DNA of 64,000 nucleotides from Octopus sinensis. Lineage: Eukaryota. Position 1 is the stretch's first letter. Every line of letters starts with the position of its first letter. This document shows positions 11,946 through 27,912 of the stretch, in pieces. The DNA is taken from assembly GCF_006345805.1 (NCBI RefSeq), contig NC_043001.1:32302001-32366000 (forward strand), given 5' to 3'. The position numbers and the translations under genes are program-made. The notes under the pieces are model-generated. The model did no database searches. It had not been told where the DNA came from and worked only from the letters and a program-made list of their open reading frames with translations.

Positions 11946-14339
11946 CAAAATATCACCATCGACAACAACATCACCCACAAACTCCCATTTACAGCAGTAC
12001 AACCAGCCGTCATACAGTATCCTGTGACATGATTTTACAAATTCTTTTAGCCTCATATGTAGTGGCGAGCAGACATTGAAAGTCTCTTGCCCTCTCACCA
12101 TCACACTTTGCAAAACATCCAGGATGTGACATCTAGTCGGGAGAGTAGGTTTCACTCTTAATACAGCTGATATTTAGTGCAGTTTAGATTAATTAAGAGA
12201 CGCGAAATGAAGTGCGTTGTTCAAAGACACAATACGTCATCCGGACCAGATATGAAACCCTCAAATTAATAATCATGAACAACACCTTAACCACTTAGCT
12301 ACGCAGTAATTTACTGTTGTAAGTGAGAACTTACATTGCATGATTAGAAATTATTCGAATTTAGAATATCTTAATGAATGCCTCCTGAAAATTCTGCCAC
12401 TTTGCAGAATTATACATACAGCTGGCACGAAATTCGTACAGCATATTTCAACGTTCTGGACTTATCATCCAGTACCCTGCTCGCAGGAAGTAGCAGCCTT
12501 ATATCTTTCAAATAATATCCAGCAACGTTAAATCATATAAGGCCATATTAAGCAACGTAGTTCTTGATTCCACTACAAAGGTGGGTGGATCATCGTTAGA
12601 TTGCCTGTTAGTGCTAGATACATGACAAACATTGCTGCAGTAACAATGAATAAATAGCCATGGGAGACAAATTACCATTCTATACCGATTTGCTCGGTCT
12701 TCCTTCAGCTCTGCTGTGGCCGCTCATTTTTTTTTCCCTTTTTTAATCTGCCACTGTCAATTATGCTTCTATTTCTATAATCTGTTTCTCCACTTACTAA
12801 TCTCACGCTGTTCATCTCTTCCCGCCAGTGATGGTTACTTAGATGGTAGCCTTCACTGACATATTTGCCTCAGTAATTGCTTTAAATGCAATGATTGCGC
12901 TAATTAACCCTGCAAACATTTACTTCAATGACAATCGCTGATATATTCCTCTTCTATTCATTCAATATCAAAAGCCACCTTCAACTTCACCTTTATCACG
13001 ACTTTCCACAATCACCACCATGGACACAGTTTTCCACACTAATTACAATTTATAGAAGATTTTACAATAAACAGCAGTTTTATACAGTAACAATCACTTA
13101 ACACAGATGTCTTTAATAATCACTAATGACTTAATTTAATACTTAACACAGATGTCCATTATAACTACTAATGACTTAATGTAATACAATGACTCCTAGT
13201 GACACAGATTGTTACAATAAGCAGTCTTTGACAGATTTTACCATAATAACCATCACTAATGTATCTTCCTCTCTAACCGACATTGTAATTTTCTGCTGTA
13301 AACACCACTAAAACACTGTTCTGACGTAGATGTTACTGATATAGTTGTTTAACAATAGTCCCCTCCTCTTTAAAGAACTGATCTTAGTAAAGGCTGCTGA
13401 CACAGTTAACCACAGTTCCTCCACCACATAGCGTTAATCAAAATAACCATAAACAGAACATTTTCCACTGTAACTACTCTACACTGATAATTACAGTACG
13501 AATCACTGCTATTATATTCCTACTAATAATTCTGTCATAGTAAAACATTGCCCACACCATGTCATAGCACACCTAAAGTACGAGTAATTTCTCACAGTAA
13601 CTACTCGTGATTCTTCAGATCTGTCACTAATTAACTTTGAAACATCAAACAAAGAGGAGGCTTTTAGGTGGTCATCTGATTTGCTGGAAATAACACCCAA
13701 ATTTTTCTCAAATTGAGGATTAAATGTGTATCTAAGAAAATGTAAGGTTGGGTATATTATTCTATCTTAAACAAAGGTGGGAGTGATATTTCATGGACTC
13801 ATATTGATCATAAGCCAATCCAATCAGTACTGGTTTGCCACTAAATATCAAGAATAACAACAACTCTCAAATAAACCTTTCTACTCTAGGCACAAGGCCT
13901 GAAATATTAGGGGAGGGGATGAGTCGAATAAATCGACCCCAGTACGCAACTGGTACTTAATTTATCCACCCCGAAAGGATGAAAAGCAAAGTCGAACTCG
14001 GCAGAATTTGAACACAGAACGTAGCGACGAGCGAAATACCGCATTTCGCATTTCGTCCAGCGTGCTAAAGATTCAGCCAGCCCGCCTCCTTTGCAACAAC
14101 TCTCAAATAATAAGCCCCATTGCAGAATCTTCAAGAATTCAATTGGTCCATATTGTAACCACAGAATAACTTACTTCAACTGAACGTAACCGCCATTAAA
14201 ACACTAAAATTACACCTCGTTTCCCACAGCATTCACTACTACTTTTTTTTACCTCTTTAAAATTCTACTGGAATTAATGAGACCGTAGCCATTCGGAAAA
14301 GAAAGACCTTTTATAACAGACAAAAACATGCTTGGTATT

Positions 14340-15270
<931 letters not shown>

Positions 15271-17466
15271 TTGCATACATATAAGTGTATCAGGGCAGCG
15301 TTCAGTGTATTAGTCACCATAATATATAATTATTACAAGATAACATCCAGCTACGACACATCGCTGTTTCTTGGGGATCCTCTTCACTGTAAAGCAGTGT
15401 ATAAACAGTAAAGATATTGATGTGTCTTTACTGTATTCAAATTGTGAAGTCAAAGATACAAGTCTATAGGAAAAGAGCAAATTACTACTTTGGATGTCCA
15501 TGCATTTCTTAAAAGCATTAATAGTGAAAGGAAATATATAGACCTGGACCTTGTATAAAATTTTTGTTCAAAGATATGACACCACCCTCCAAGAAAATTA
15601 ACTCTAATTCTTCCTCAATCCGACACCAAACTCAGAAACACTGATTAATGTTTAGCGGACATGTGTACCGAAGCAAGATACCTCACTGATCAGTACAGTT
15701 ATCTCTCTACTGTATCGTTCTGTTTTCAAAACCAGCTTGTATACCATGTTTTTTTATTCGATACAGTAGCAACCATGCGAATAGGCAAAGCACCATTAGT
15801 CTCTACAGATGTCATTTGAGCTATGCTATAATTCTGACTATATGACGAGTGCTATTGTCGCTGTAGTTGTTCATGCTCAGATCAGGCCAAACTCACAATA
15901 TGTATAATCAAATGCACACAAGTCCTGAAAGTCTCATCTTTTTTACAGCCCAAATGAATGTACATCTACGTTATCACATATACCCCTAATCTATTCAAGG
16001 GAGTAAATTTTACCTTGCAAGACATTTGGCTGCTATTTCTACCAGGTCGACAAAGGAAGGTGTTGCATATCAGACTCATATACACAGAAGGAAAGTTTCA
16101 TTGAATACTTATAGTAGATTCGCGTGAGCTAAAAATCTTGTTTAAGGTCTCCCATGGTTTCTTGTTCACTGCTATACTTACCAGTCATATACTGATGTCT
16201 ACTTTATTGACTGCACAACTTCAAGACAAGTTTGAGACAATTATGCAAGGTAAGAAAGCATTTGTAAAGCTGAAACGCGTTAAACTTTCCAGGGACGATA
16301 ATATTATTTTATCCCTTTTATTTATTAATCATAAAACTCTTATTTGCAGATGAAATTAGAAAGAAGCTATGGTGATATTCATGCCTTTTTACAAAAGAAA
16401 TGTGTTGTTAAGGGAAGAAGTGCGTTGTTAAGTGAAGGGAAATAACTTTTAACTAGAAATCGAATACACCCAACAAATAGATTAATTTAGATCAAAGTTC
16501 AGTCTGTTGCTATGCTACGAAGTCTAGAGTTCCGGACTAAATGATTTACAATAATTCGATTCATCCGTCAACATCCTGGGTTCGTATTTCACATGAGTTT
16601 TTGTTATCCAGTAAACCCTTTCATTTTTATGGGCAAAAAGAAAGGTAAGTACCAGCTACAAATATTTAAAACCTTCTAACGTTCCCTACGAAGAATTTTC
16701 TTTGAAGCTAGAGGTTACTTGTTTGCCCCGCAATATACGAATTCAACCAAATTTGTAAACATACGGAGTGTAATTTATAAACACTCTATGTTTACATAAT
16801 CACATCAAAAATCAATAGACTCAAACGTTACGCAATATGCACACACGTATTGTCCCATAAATGAAAATGATATTTAAATGCTTAAAGCAACATATTCAGT
16901 AATCTAACAAAAATGACGTATGTTATTTCTGAAAATTATAATGCATTCAGATTCCTAGAAACATAATTTGTTGTTGCTGTTTAGCATTCAGCTATCGTCG
17001 AACAGACATATAGTCAAATAACCATAAACCAAACCTATTTTCACAGATACTGTGTATAAAAGACGTTATATTCAAGACGGTAAGATGTCATCAGTCAAAT
17101 TTGACTGTTTTATTTGATATTCAGAGTATCAACATAGAAGCCCCTTTATGTATACAATGAGCGTGTACGAAACTAGAAAATGGATAATGACAACACAGTG
17201 TACATAGATATCAATATTTTGCGCAATTCTAAAGTGTCTCCAAAACTATTGCGCAATTATAAATACTTCTAAACTTTAACAACTGTGGAATTATTTTGTA
17301 TGATTTTCGATCAGTTTCTCACCATGTTTCTCTCTCCCACTCTTTCTCTCATATTTTCTATCTCTCTGCTTTTCTTGCTCTCTTTCATTCTCTCTTTCTC
17401 TCTCTCAATGACTGTGCATGTGTATGCGTGTGCATCTGTCTGTATATTTGTGTGTAAATATATATT

Positions 17467-17512
<46 letters not shown>

Positions 17513-17887
17513 ATAGCTTTACGTTAATCTAGGTATCTGGGTATGAATGTAATATGTGTTAGAGCGACAGATGGTATGTAAGGATTTGTGTGGTATAATA
17601 TTTATCAATCTATTTTATTTTCCCTTCCGCCTCTTTCTCAATTTCTCTCTGTTGTGAAGGAGCCCAGATTTCTCTTTTCACTACCGTTTTATCACATGTG
17701 CAAGCACATTAATGTAAATAAACATGCTTATTACGCAACAACACATATCTGAGTAGATATCAATCAATTACTAAATAATGCATTCTCATATATATATATA
17801 TTATATATATATATATATATACAGACATACACACACATATATATATATATTAATGCATACATTTATATGTATGTTTGTAATGTTTGT

Positions 17888-17923
<36 letters not shown>

Positions 17924-18565
17924 ATTCACATATATAAGTATATATATATATGGTATGGATATATACACACACATACGTATACATACATAATTACATGCAT
18001 ACATACATACATACACACATGCATGTATGCATGCATGCATACATACATACATAATACATACACATATGCATGTATGCATACATGCATACATACATACATA
18101 CCAACACAAATGCATGTATGCATGCACGCATACATACATACATACAGAAATACATACACATATGCATGTATGCATACATGCATACATACATACATACATA
18201 CACACATGCATGTATGCATGAATGCAAACTTACATATATTCACGCATACATTTGTAGCAACATCAAACATTTTGTTGCAATCATATTTGAAGCATAAAGA
18301 ACATCGTCATATTTTACTGAAGAACCATATGTGCAGCTTTGCAGCGTTGTACAAATATACATACCTACCTACATACATACATGTATACCTACATACATAC
18401 ATACACACACATATTTATATATGTATGTCTGTGTGTGTGTCGATGGAGATGGGAAGTGAGTGATTGGGAGAGAGAGAAAGAGTTAGGTAGTTAGATATAT
18501 GGCTGCCTTTTATATGCATACATGTGTGTGTGTGAGTGCCTTTGTGTGTGTGTGCATTTATGTGT

Positions 18566-18880
18566 ATGTGATAAGAGGTCTGCTTCCCAGACACATGCTT
18601 TACGGGGTTATTCTTACTGTGTTGCATCTTGGGTGACGGCCCTCCAATCTAGGATGACAAAGGACTTGTGAAGGAATTTGCCCGACGAAAACTGCAAGAA
18701 GGCTGTCATATATACATATCTTTATCTATCTGTCTCTGTATGTGTCTCTATTTGTCTCTGTATTTGTCTCCCAACACTATCCTACAACCGACGTTGGTGT
18801 CCTTATGTCTATATAAGTTAGCGGTTCAATAAAACAGACCGTTAGAAGAGGTTTCATGCTTAAAAGTATATAATGGGAGC
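18566..18880 (+). mobile_element. Diverged SINE D copy
   Basis: GTGATAAGAGGTCTGCTTCCCA...GAAAACTGCAAGAAGGCTGTC, then a microsatellite, then ACAACCGACGTTGGTGT...TTAGCGGTTC; colinear with 59311-59840. Confidence 0.65.
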
Positions 18881-19096
18881 GATTCTCACAACCATTCATG
18901 CCCGTCCCACAACATGCGTATATGTGTACATTTATATGTACATGTATGTGTATATACGCACACACATACACACACACATACGCATATGCGCACACATACA
19001 CACGCACACATAAATATATATGTACACATGTATATATATATATATGCGTATATATAGATATACATACATACATACATTCATGCATTCATACATACA

Positions 19097-19170
<74 letters not shown>

Positions 19171-19330
19171 CCTATATATTCAGCTACATATGCTTATATT
19201 TGTATATATATATATATATCATATATCAAATATATATATATATATCATATATCTGTCTATGCGTATATGTGTGTGTATGTGTGTGTGTGTTGGGCGTGTG
19301 TGTGTGTCTGCATATATATATACATATGTG

Positions 19331-19521
19331 TATGAGAGGGTGCTGAAAAGTTTCTACCTTTAAGGGGGCCTTGTAAGCCCTGGTCGGAGGCCCAACACTC
19401 AAAGTCCTTGTGCAGGGCTCAGAAGAACCTAAGTGCATGTATTGAGAGGGGAATACGTTGAATAAAATTATAATTAACTAATCCTCCTATATTTTCTTTT
19501 AATTTTCAGTGCACTCTGGTA
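19331..19521 (+). mobile_element. Mariner-derived MITE
   Basis: Imperfect TIRs TATGAGAGGGTGCTGAAAAGTT and AATTTTCAGTGCACTCTGGTA in a TA context. The interior retains a mariner-like C-terminus, LRGEYVE*. Confidence 0.7.
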
Positions 19522-19531
19522 TACATGTATG

Positions 19532-19563
<32 letters not shown>

Positions 19564-19564
19564 G

Positions 19565-19630
<66 letters not shown>

Positions 19631-20082
19631 GTTATATAAATTCATGCTTAAACGCCCATGTACCCTAAATATATTAACATACAAATTAACAAACGCTTAT
19701 ATATATATATATATATATAGATATATATATATATATATATATACATATATCTTTATATACATAAGCATATACATACATACATACAGAGTGACACACACAT
19801 GTACACACACATACATAGCAGCACCCAAAAATTTTTAAATAAAATTCGTTCATACACACACACACATGTGGAAGCACCTTGAACAGATAGCAAGTGCTAC
19901 CCGCTTACATATAACTTACTACGCAGTAAATATATTTCCTGTAATACAAAGGGAAGACTAGAAATTGAACCTAAATACGTTTGATGTGAGATAAATTCTA
20001 TGGAATTATATCTGAAAAATCATTCGTAATTGTACATATAGACTTTTTTAGTTGATTTTTACGAAATATTAACGTTTTTTAA

Positions 20083-20120
<38 letters not shown>

Positions 20121-20152
20121 AATATATATATTTATATACACATATATATATA

Positions 20153-20209
<57 letters not shown>

Positions 20210-20295
20210 TGTGTGTGTGTGTACATGTATATATATGTATATATACATATATACACATACATATATATTTATATAAAGGTATGTACTTATATATA

Positions 20296-20333
<38 letters not shown>

Positions 20334-21376
20334 TATATATATATTTATAGATGGATAGATAGATAGATAGATAGATATACATGTAAACATATGTATATAA
20401 ATATATATATGTATATATATGTATATATATGTATATATATGTATATATATGTGTATATATAAATATATATACACATACATATATATATTTATATATATGT
20501 ATATACTTATATATAAATGTATATGTATATATATGCAAACATAAATGCATACTTATATATATATACATATATATAGACATATATAGATATATATATGTAT
20601 TTATATATGCTTGTATACACATGTTTGTATATGAAAGTATATATACATATGCATTATTACATCTCTGCATATGTATCTATCTATCTATCTATCTATCTAT
20701 ATAAGTATCTATCTATATATATATATATATATATATGCATTTATACGAAACATGCATATATATACATACATATATATATATATGTATATACACATGTAAA
20801 TTTATATATATATATATATGTATATATATATTTATATGTATATATATGTATATATGAATGCATATACACACATATATATGTATACTCCAGCATTCATGGA
20901 TACGTATATATGCACGTATGTATACTCATATTGACTTATATATTTAGTTCTTTTATATATGTATATCCATTTCATGTTATATAAATATATGTGTGTATAT
21001 TTATATGCGTGTGTATATATGTATGTACATATATATACACAGATATACATAGACATTAATATACACATAAACATGGATGTATATATATGTATGAGTATAT
21101 AAATAAAAGACATATGTTGATAGATTGGTGCATACATAAATTGATGTAAATATATATACATATATACATGTACATTCATAAATACAGGTACATGTAAATA
21201 TTTCTAGACAAAAACGTAAACAAACGTATATATATATTTATGTATGTCAATATATTCATATGTGTGTGTAGATATCTATGAGTATATAAGCATATGTACG
21301 GATATATATGCATACGTACATACATACATACATATGCACACACACAAACACACACACACACACACACATACACACG

Positions 21377-21430
<54 letters not shown>

Positions 21431-21933
21431 TACGTGTGTATTTAAGTAGCTCATGATTAAAAGCAAGAAGGAATAATAAAATTTAAGAATTAAAGTTAAA
21501 ACTGATTAGTGTCACCAATGCCCATTCTTAAATTTTGCAGATTCTCTTTCACTCAAGGGATTCTATATTTACCCATGTACATAGATTCTTATACAAATTT
21601 TTGTTTGCATGAGATATAATATGAAATTATTAAACATAATATAATATGGTCTAATATAATATAGTATAATATAATATAATGTATAATATGTTATAATATA
21701 CTATGATATAAGATAATATATGTGTGTGTGTATTCATGTACGTATGTATGCATAATTATATATGAGTATGCATATATATATATATGTATATCGTCATATA
21801 TATATAGAGATAGATATATATATAAATATAAATATACATATATACATTTATACGCATACACACATGTGCACATATATATTTATATATATATATAAGTGTA
21901 TATATATCTATATATAAGTATATATATATATAT

Positions 21934-21983
<50 letters not shown>

Positions 21984-22644
21984 TGAAAAGGTTGCAAGAC
22001 GCACCGAAAATTTTAGGAGAATAAAAGTAAGAAAAAAGTGGAAATTTTACCCGTGTGTGTGTTCAATAATCAGGCACAAAAAGAAAATGACTCTCCCCAG
22101 ACACAACAGAATATGCTTCAACACACGAACTCATATTAAGAATCTTGCAAACCAAATCCAAAAACGAAATATATACATATATTTATATATATATATATAT
22201 ACACACACTTTTATTTTTTATGAAATTGAAAGTGTCAACACAGATTCAACTTTCTGGTATTTTTTCCGAACGAAATTTCCAATTTAATTCGCCTGAATAA
22301 AACGCTGTATTCAATGATGTTACCGAATTATTTATCAGTAAAAATGCCTCTGAAACAGCTGTAGTAAAATTAGACCCATTCGTTTTCTGTATGCATGTAT
22401 TTACATATGTATACATACATACATACATACGTATGTATATACGCACACATACACACACAAATATATATATATATATATATATTCTTTGTGCACATTCTCC
22501 ACTTTCTTTGCATTGAATAAATATATCTCTAGGAAACAACAACTTCTTTCCACACAGACTTATATATATATACATGCAATGTGACTACATGTGACCCGTT
22601 AGAGATTTCTTCTTTTCCTCCTTTTTTTAAATCTTCCCTTTCTC

Positions 22645-22679
22645 CTTTCCGACGAAGTGCTATACTCGAAACGTCAAAG
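22645..22679 (+). ncRNA. Degenerate minimal hammerhead-ribozyme-like motif (PLE terminal-repeat type)
   Basis: CTTT-CCGACGA-A-GTGCTATACTC-GAAA-CGTC-AAAG. Stem I is CTTT/AAAG; the core has U4>C; palindromic ACGT stem III; GUC cleavage triplet. Confidence 0.5.
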
Positions 22680-23499
22680 TTTCTCTTTTCACCGAGTAGC
22701 AATCTAATATACTTTTTCTGCCCGTCGTCACGTTCGTTGTTTTTCGTTTATTTTTCGTTTTTTATCCGTTTATAATTTATTTCCATTGTTTGATAATTAA
22801 AAATTATTTTATACTAGTGTGCATGTTAAGGATGTACAATCTGTTTTTTGTTAATATGAGTTTATATTTCTTTGTGAAAGATCTCTTCAGTGAAGCCCAG
22901 GTAAAATTGCCTGAAACTCAGAAATCACACTTTATATTTGAAATACAAATTACATATATATATATATTTTGTGTTATATCACCTTTTTCTTAATAATCAT
23001 TACCATTTTGTACTTCATTTTAATTTTACATTCCACACAAGAAAATTATACAAAATAAAAGTATTGTGTGGACGAGATTTAATACAGATAACTCTAATTT
23101 CATGACTAAAATTAATGCTTTTGTATGTTTAATTATCAAACTAACCTTGGACAAAACTATATCTATTTTTTTTTTTACTCTATGTTTAAATATAGTTACT
23201 AATCTGTAGGCTAGTTGAAAGCGCCGTAAATAAAATAGGAGGAAGTGTAATTGAAGGAGAAATGAGAGGAATTAGTATTCTGTATGAAGTATTAAATGAG
23301 GAAATTTATTGAGTAAATCACTGCCTAATTAATGACCATATATATATTTGTGTGTGAACGCACATTTTCTAATTGTACATACATTATACTATAAGCCTGT
23401 ATATATAACAAGTGTGCGAAAATTTTTGTGTTATGTGTGGGGTGTAAGTTTAAGTTGCTGGTGATGTGTTTCAATAAATACTCTTTATTGTCAATATTT

Positions 23500-25156
23500 A
23501 AAAAAATCCTATTCTTACGTTTTGGAATTTCGAAGAACACCAAAGAATTTTATGATTGAGGTTCTTTTTCCGCTCTTCATATATTCTGTTCAGCTTTCTA
23601 TATGCTTTCGTTCTCTAAATAGTGTAACACTAACTATTCATCCCCACGTTTACTTTCAATTGCCACTTGTAATTAAAACCGTTTCCCCATGTTTTCAATT
23701 ATTCAGGGGTGTTGCTTAAATATTTCTTCAGTCATGCCTATGTAGTTTATTTATGTACTACTATGCTAGCGATGGCACTACAACTTAACTTGAACTTTTC
23801 CCCATAGAATAATATTCTATATTTACGAGTAGTGGATTGGACTTCATACCAAACAAAATAGAAAATATAAACCACGAGATATTTCTGTTTTGTAATGTGG
23901 GATGGCGGATGGATGGATGTAATGTTAGGTTTGAATCAACTGGTTTCTAGAATATTATTATAATAAGAACTGACTTGAAGATATTTTAATTGATGATAAA
24001 TTAGATATCCTTTAATTAATGTTACTAATTAGATGTTTCAAAAATACGGACAGATGTCAGAAATGTTAATGCAAGTATATTCTTCGCTAGGTGTGACGAA
24101 GTGTTTTTGTAAGTTTTTAGGAAAATTGTGGGTAACAGGAGAAATATTTGATAATGGCTTAAATAGTTTTGAGAATTATTTTAGACCGAAAATATTGAAT
24201 GGTTTAATAAGCTCTTTTGTCTTGCGACTAAATTATATCTGCTGTCATGTTGGCCCACAGCCAACCTGTCATCTTTGTATAGGCCATCATTTATAATGAT
24301 ATAGCACTTTAGCACACTTAGGATATAATAATCCCACACAATAACAAATCTCCGCTTTGTCATACTCCCACACACTTACAACAAAAGAACTCACTGTGTT
24401 TAATTTTTAGACGAGCTGATTTGTTTTTGCTCTTGTCTTGTTTCATAATTTAGGAATTTTCCAGTATGTAACATGATCCCTCTTTCGTTACAATCTATTC
24501 TATAATACGTGGAGGCACAATGGCCCAGTGGTTAGGGCAGCGGACTCGCGGTCGTAGGATCGCGGTTTCGATTCCCAGACCGGGCGTTGTGAGTGTTTAT
24601 TGAGCGAAAACACCTGAAGCTCCACGAGACTCCGGCAGGGGGTGGTGGTGATCCCTGCTGTACTCTTTCACCACAACTTTCTCTCACTCTTACTTCCTGT
24701 TTCTGTTGTACCTGTATTTCAAAGGGCCGGCCTTGTCGCTCTCTGTGTCACGCTGAATATCCCCGAGAACTACATTAAGGGTACACGTGTCTGTGGAGTG
24801 CTCAGCCACTTACACGTTAATTTCACGAGTAGGCTGTTCTGTTGATCGGATCAACCGGAACCCTCGTCGTCGTAACCGACGGAGTGCTTCCATCCATTCT
24901 ATAATAACATTTACTGAATCTAAATATGCTATTTAAAAGGGTCTAGATATTGAGGGCCAAATCCCACAATATCATATCGCATTAATCTGAAATTAAATAC
25001 ATTATTAATATTGTTAAATCAACTAATGAAATAGTAGCTGTACCACCACAGAAGTTAGTAAAGTGAATTATTTGATAAATGTTTAATTAGTGACTTAGTT
25101 GAGAGGAAAGCCCAGAGTATCCTGTATATTTTGTAAGAACTTGTCTTATTCCCCTC

Positions 25157-25194
<38 letters not shown>

Positions 25195-25370
25195 TGCATA
25201 TATACATACATATTATATATATATATATAAATATATATACATTATATCTATATATAGTATATATATATATATATATATAATATATATATATATCCGATAT
25301 ATATATCTATTATATATCTATATATATATATATAATGTATATATATATATATTATATCGATATATACATT

Positions 25371-25407
<37 letters not shown>

Positions 25408-25420
25408 CTATATCTGCATA

Positions 25421-25454
<34 letters not shown>

Positions 25455-25590
25455 AGGCAATGAAACAAATCATCGGAAGTAGCAGTTAGCACATACAGTT
25501 GAATTGTATTTATTAACAGGTTAATTAATCTCTTCTTGTTACTTAAAGATTCGTGAACCTTGAAATATAAGACTATCTCCTCGGACACAC
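23500..25590 (-). pseudogene. Heavily decayed Penelope-like element ORF (RT plus GIY-YIG), interrupted by SINE B and microsatellites
   Basis: Motifs in the expected order across frames: FKVHESLSNKKRLIN (~25550), W.S...IS*FNNI and RYDIVGF.PSIS (~24950-25040), GS(Y)DKAEIC..VG and GLYKDDRLAV (YxDD, ~24250-24370), ELIKPFNIFGLK, NIN*RISNLSS, RNISWF, YIGMTEEIFKQ (~23720). Confidence 0.7.
24509..24895 (+). mobile_element. SINE family B, full length with TSD
   Basis: Head GGCCCAGTGGTTAGGGCAGCGGACTCGCGG...GGTTTCGATTCCC. TSD ATTCTATAATA at 24497-24507 and 24896-24906. Near-identical to 35365-35752. Confidence 0.92.
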
Positions 25591-26335
25591 GGACGGACAC
25601 GCACATACATGTTTATATGTATATCTGCTTGAGGTCGGGACCCGATAGCTATTATGCTACTAATATTACGTCTTTAATGGTTAAAAACAAATGGTAATTA
25701 GGGCTGATAAAATGCAGTTAATCGTAGGAGGGAATTCTCGAAAATTCTAATCCAACCAACTGGTATTTGCATAAACCCAACTGGTTTATACAAATAATAA
25801 GATGGTAGTTTACAAATTACCTTCTTAATAATAATGTTGTGATTATAAGGTATGTAATTCAGTTTAGCATGAAAGAACAAAGAAGAGACTTTTGATATAT
25901 TTTATTAGAAGTGACATGAATGCAAACATTATTGTTTAGAGTACCACATTAATAAAAATCCACAGAAATATTCTAAAATATTGTGAATACTTTGTTTTTA
26001 ACTCCTTCAACTTTTATATCATGTAGACCTTAAAATTTTCCAAAGACGCGAAAAACATAATTCTTTGCTTATACCATAATACATTTTACTTTTGAAAAAA
26101 ATATCAGTGGCAGAGCATCGTCGATAATTCTTCTCCAATTTATAATATACTCTTTTGTAATTCATCAGATAATGCTTGCAACAAAGTCTCTAAGGATTAT
26201 TAGTAAATTTGTTTCTAACAACTAAATAACAATATAAACATTTTCCTCAATATAATATTCTCCACCAGAGAATGTTAAGCAAAACAGAACAAGACAGGAG
26301 GGTGTGATTTATTACCAATATCATTTGAGAATTGA

Positions 26336-26735
26336 AAGCGGTGAACTGGCAGAATCATTAGCACGCCAGGCAAAATGCTTAGCGGCATTTCGTCTGTCCT
26401 TATCTTCTGAGTTCAAATTCCGCCGAGGTCAACTTTGCCTCTCATCCTTTCGGGGTCGATAAATTAAGTACCAGTTACGCACTGGGGTCGATATAATCGA
26501 CTTAATCCGTTTATCTGTCCTTGTTTGTCCTCTTTGTGTTTAGCCCCTTGTGGGTAGCAAAGAAATAGAAATAGGTATTTCGTCTGCCGCTATATTCTGA
26601 GTTCAAATTCTGCCGAGGTCAACTTTGCCTGTTATCCCTTTGGGGATGATAAGTTATGTACCAGTTGAGAACTGGGGTCGATTTAATCGACTTAACCCCA
26701 AAATTTCTGGCCTTGTACCAAAATTTGAAAGCAAT
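26336..26735 (+). mobile_element. Dimeric SINE A: head + tail a, joined to an internal restart + tail b
   Basis: First unit ends GTAGCAAAGAAATAGAAATA and runs directly into GGTATTTCGTCTGCCG at 26574; second unit ends CCTTGTACCAAAATTTGAAAGC. Confidence 0.85.
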
Positions 26736-27053
26736 ACACTTTGCAAATTGCGTGTGATTTGTGTTAAGAGCTCAATCAAATTCTGCAGCAACCAAATTCA
26801 AGATTCATTCATGTACGGCAACACAAGATTTGCTCATACTCTTCAATTTACCGTATTGTCTCTGTATCATAGAAATAACATTTCAATCGGTCCGGCTATA
26901 CACATATTGTAGTGTAAGCCTGTTCTCATGATTTTGCATGCTTTGTCTATAAACTCTTCCCAAACAAGTTTCCATAAGGTTCTCTAAACCGAGTTTAAAA
27001 TACTTGATTGCTTTTGCGATATGCATTTTCTACGAGGCATTGAAACAATATAT

Positions 27054-27275
27054 ATTTCTTTACTACCCACAAGGGGCTAAACATAGAGAGGACAAACAAA
27101 GGGAATAAGTCGATTACATTGACCCCAGTGCGTAACTGGTACTTAATTTATCGACCCCGAAAGGATGAAAGGCAAAGTCGACCTCAACGGCATTTGAACT
27201 CAGAACGTAACGGCAGACGAAATATGGCTACGCATTTCGCCCGGCGTGCTAACGTTTCTGCCAGCTCGCCGTCTT
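27054..27275 (-). mobile_element. SINE A young subfamily
   Basis: Full head-body-tail on the minus strand, close to the young consensus. Confidence 0.9.
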
Positions 27276-27912
27276 ATCCCTTATATACTTTTGATTTTTA
27301 AATGAATATAATATAATATAATCTCTAGAAAGCAAAACCTGCCTAGTTGTCTTCGATTATTCTACTGTTTCTTTTACTCTCTCTCTCTCTTTGACTTCCT
27401 TAACATTCTTTATGAAATTTAACTCTACCAATTCAATTTAATTACTCTTAATCGTAGCAAACACATTTTATATTTTACACATCCATTTAAAGAATCTCTT
27501 TATGAAACTTGGATAAATCAAGGAAACATTATTCCATAATACTGTTGTAAAATGTCATTCAATTGTAGCTTGTGACATGAGTAAATGGCGTAAATGAATA
27601 CAATTTTACGCACATGGGTATAAGGATAATATATTTTAAGAACCCAAGAAAACATTCAGTGTCACACTGAACAATTTATAAAAGAGAAAATATCACTTTA
27701 TACATATAAAAGTCATTTTGTCATATAACAAACCTATAGTCGATAATTACAATTTGTGAAATATGGAAAGTATAGTCTCTATTAAAACCTAAAGGACACT
27801 ATATCTGTTTGTATCGTCATAAGTTGTTACCAGATGAGCTGAATGCAGAAAGCGAAAACTATTTCTTGCATCACGGTTTGTGACTCAATTAACCTAGAGT
27901 AGATTAGGCACT

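Larger units (their letters stand above)
17455..22570. repeat. ~5-kb compound microsatellite field: (TA)n, (CATA)n, (CA)n, (GA)n, CATG variants
   Basis: Direct inspection; explains all YI/CV/HT ORFs in this interval. Confidence 0.95.

Noticed and set aside
11889-12155. Minus-strand ORF with an apparent CAG|GTTAGC donor near 11940
   Set aside because: The donor lies inside an interspersed repeat, the acceptor is weak and the peptide is unrecognisable.
16138-16660. Consensus-like splice donors AAG|GTAAGA (~16243) and AAG|GTAAGT (~16645), and an acceptor-like site at ~45664
   Set aside because: No convincing paired acceptor or donor and no recognisable peptide; such motifs are expected by chance in 64 kb.
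17092-17107. Perfect 16-bp palindrome CAGTCAAATTTGACTG
   Set aside because: Isolated, with no supporting context; compatible with chance or a transposon remnant.
24509-24580. tRNA-like heads of SINE B, C and D as real tRNA genes
   Set aside because: Acceptor and anticodon stems are incomplete, and each head runs into a SINE body, with TSDs on the SINE B copies.
26336-26735. Repeated palindromic GTCGAT...ATCGAC units with variable intervening sequence, superficially CRISPR-like
   Set aside because: These are dispersed eukaryotic SINE bodies with Pol III boxes and TSDs. There is no regular repeat-spacer period and no cas gene.
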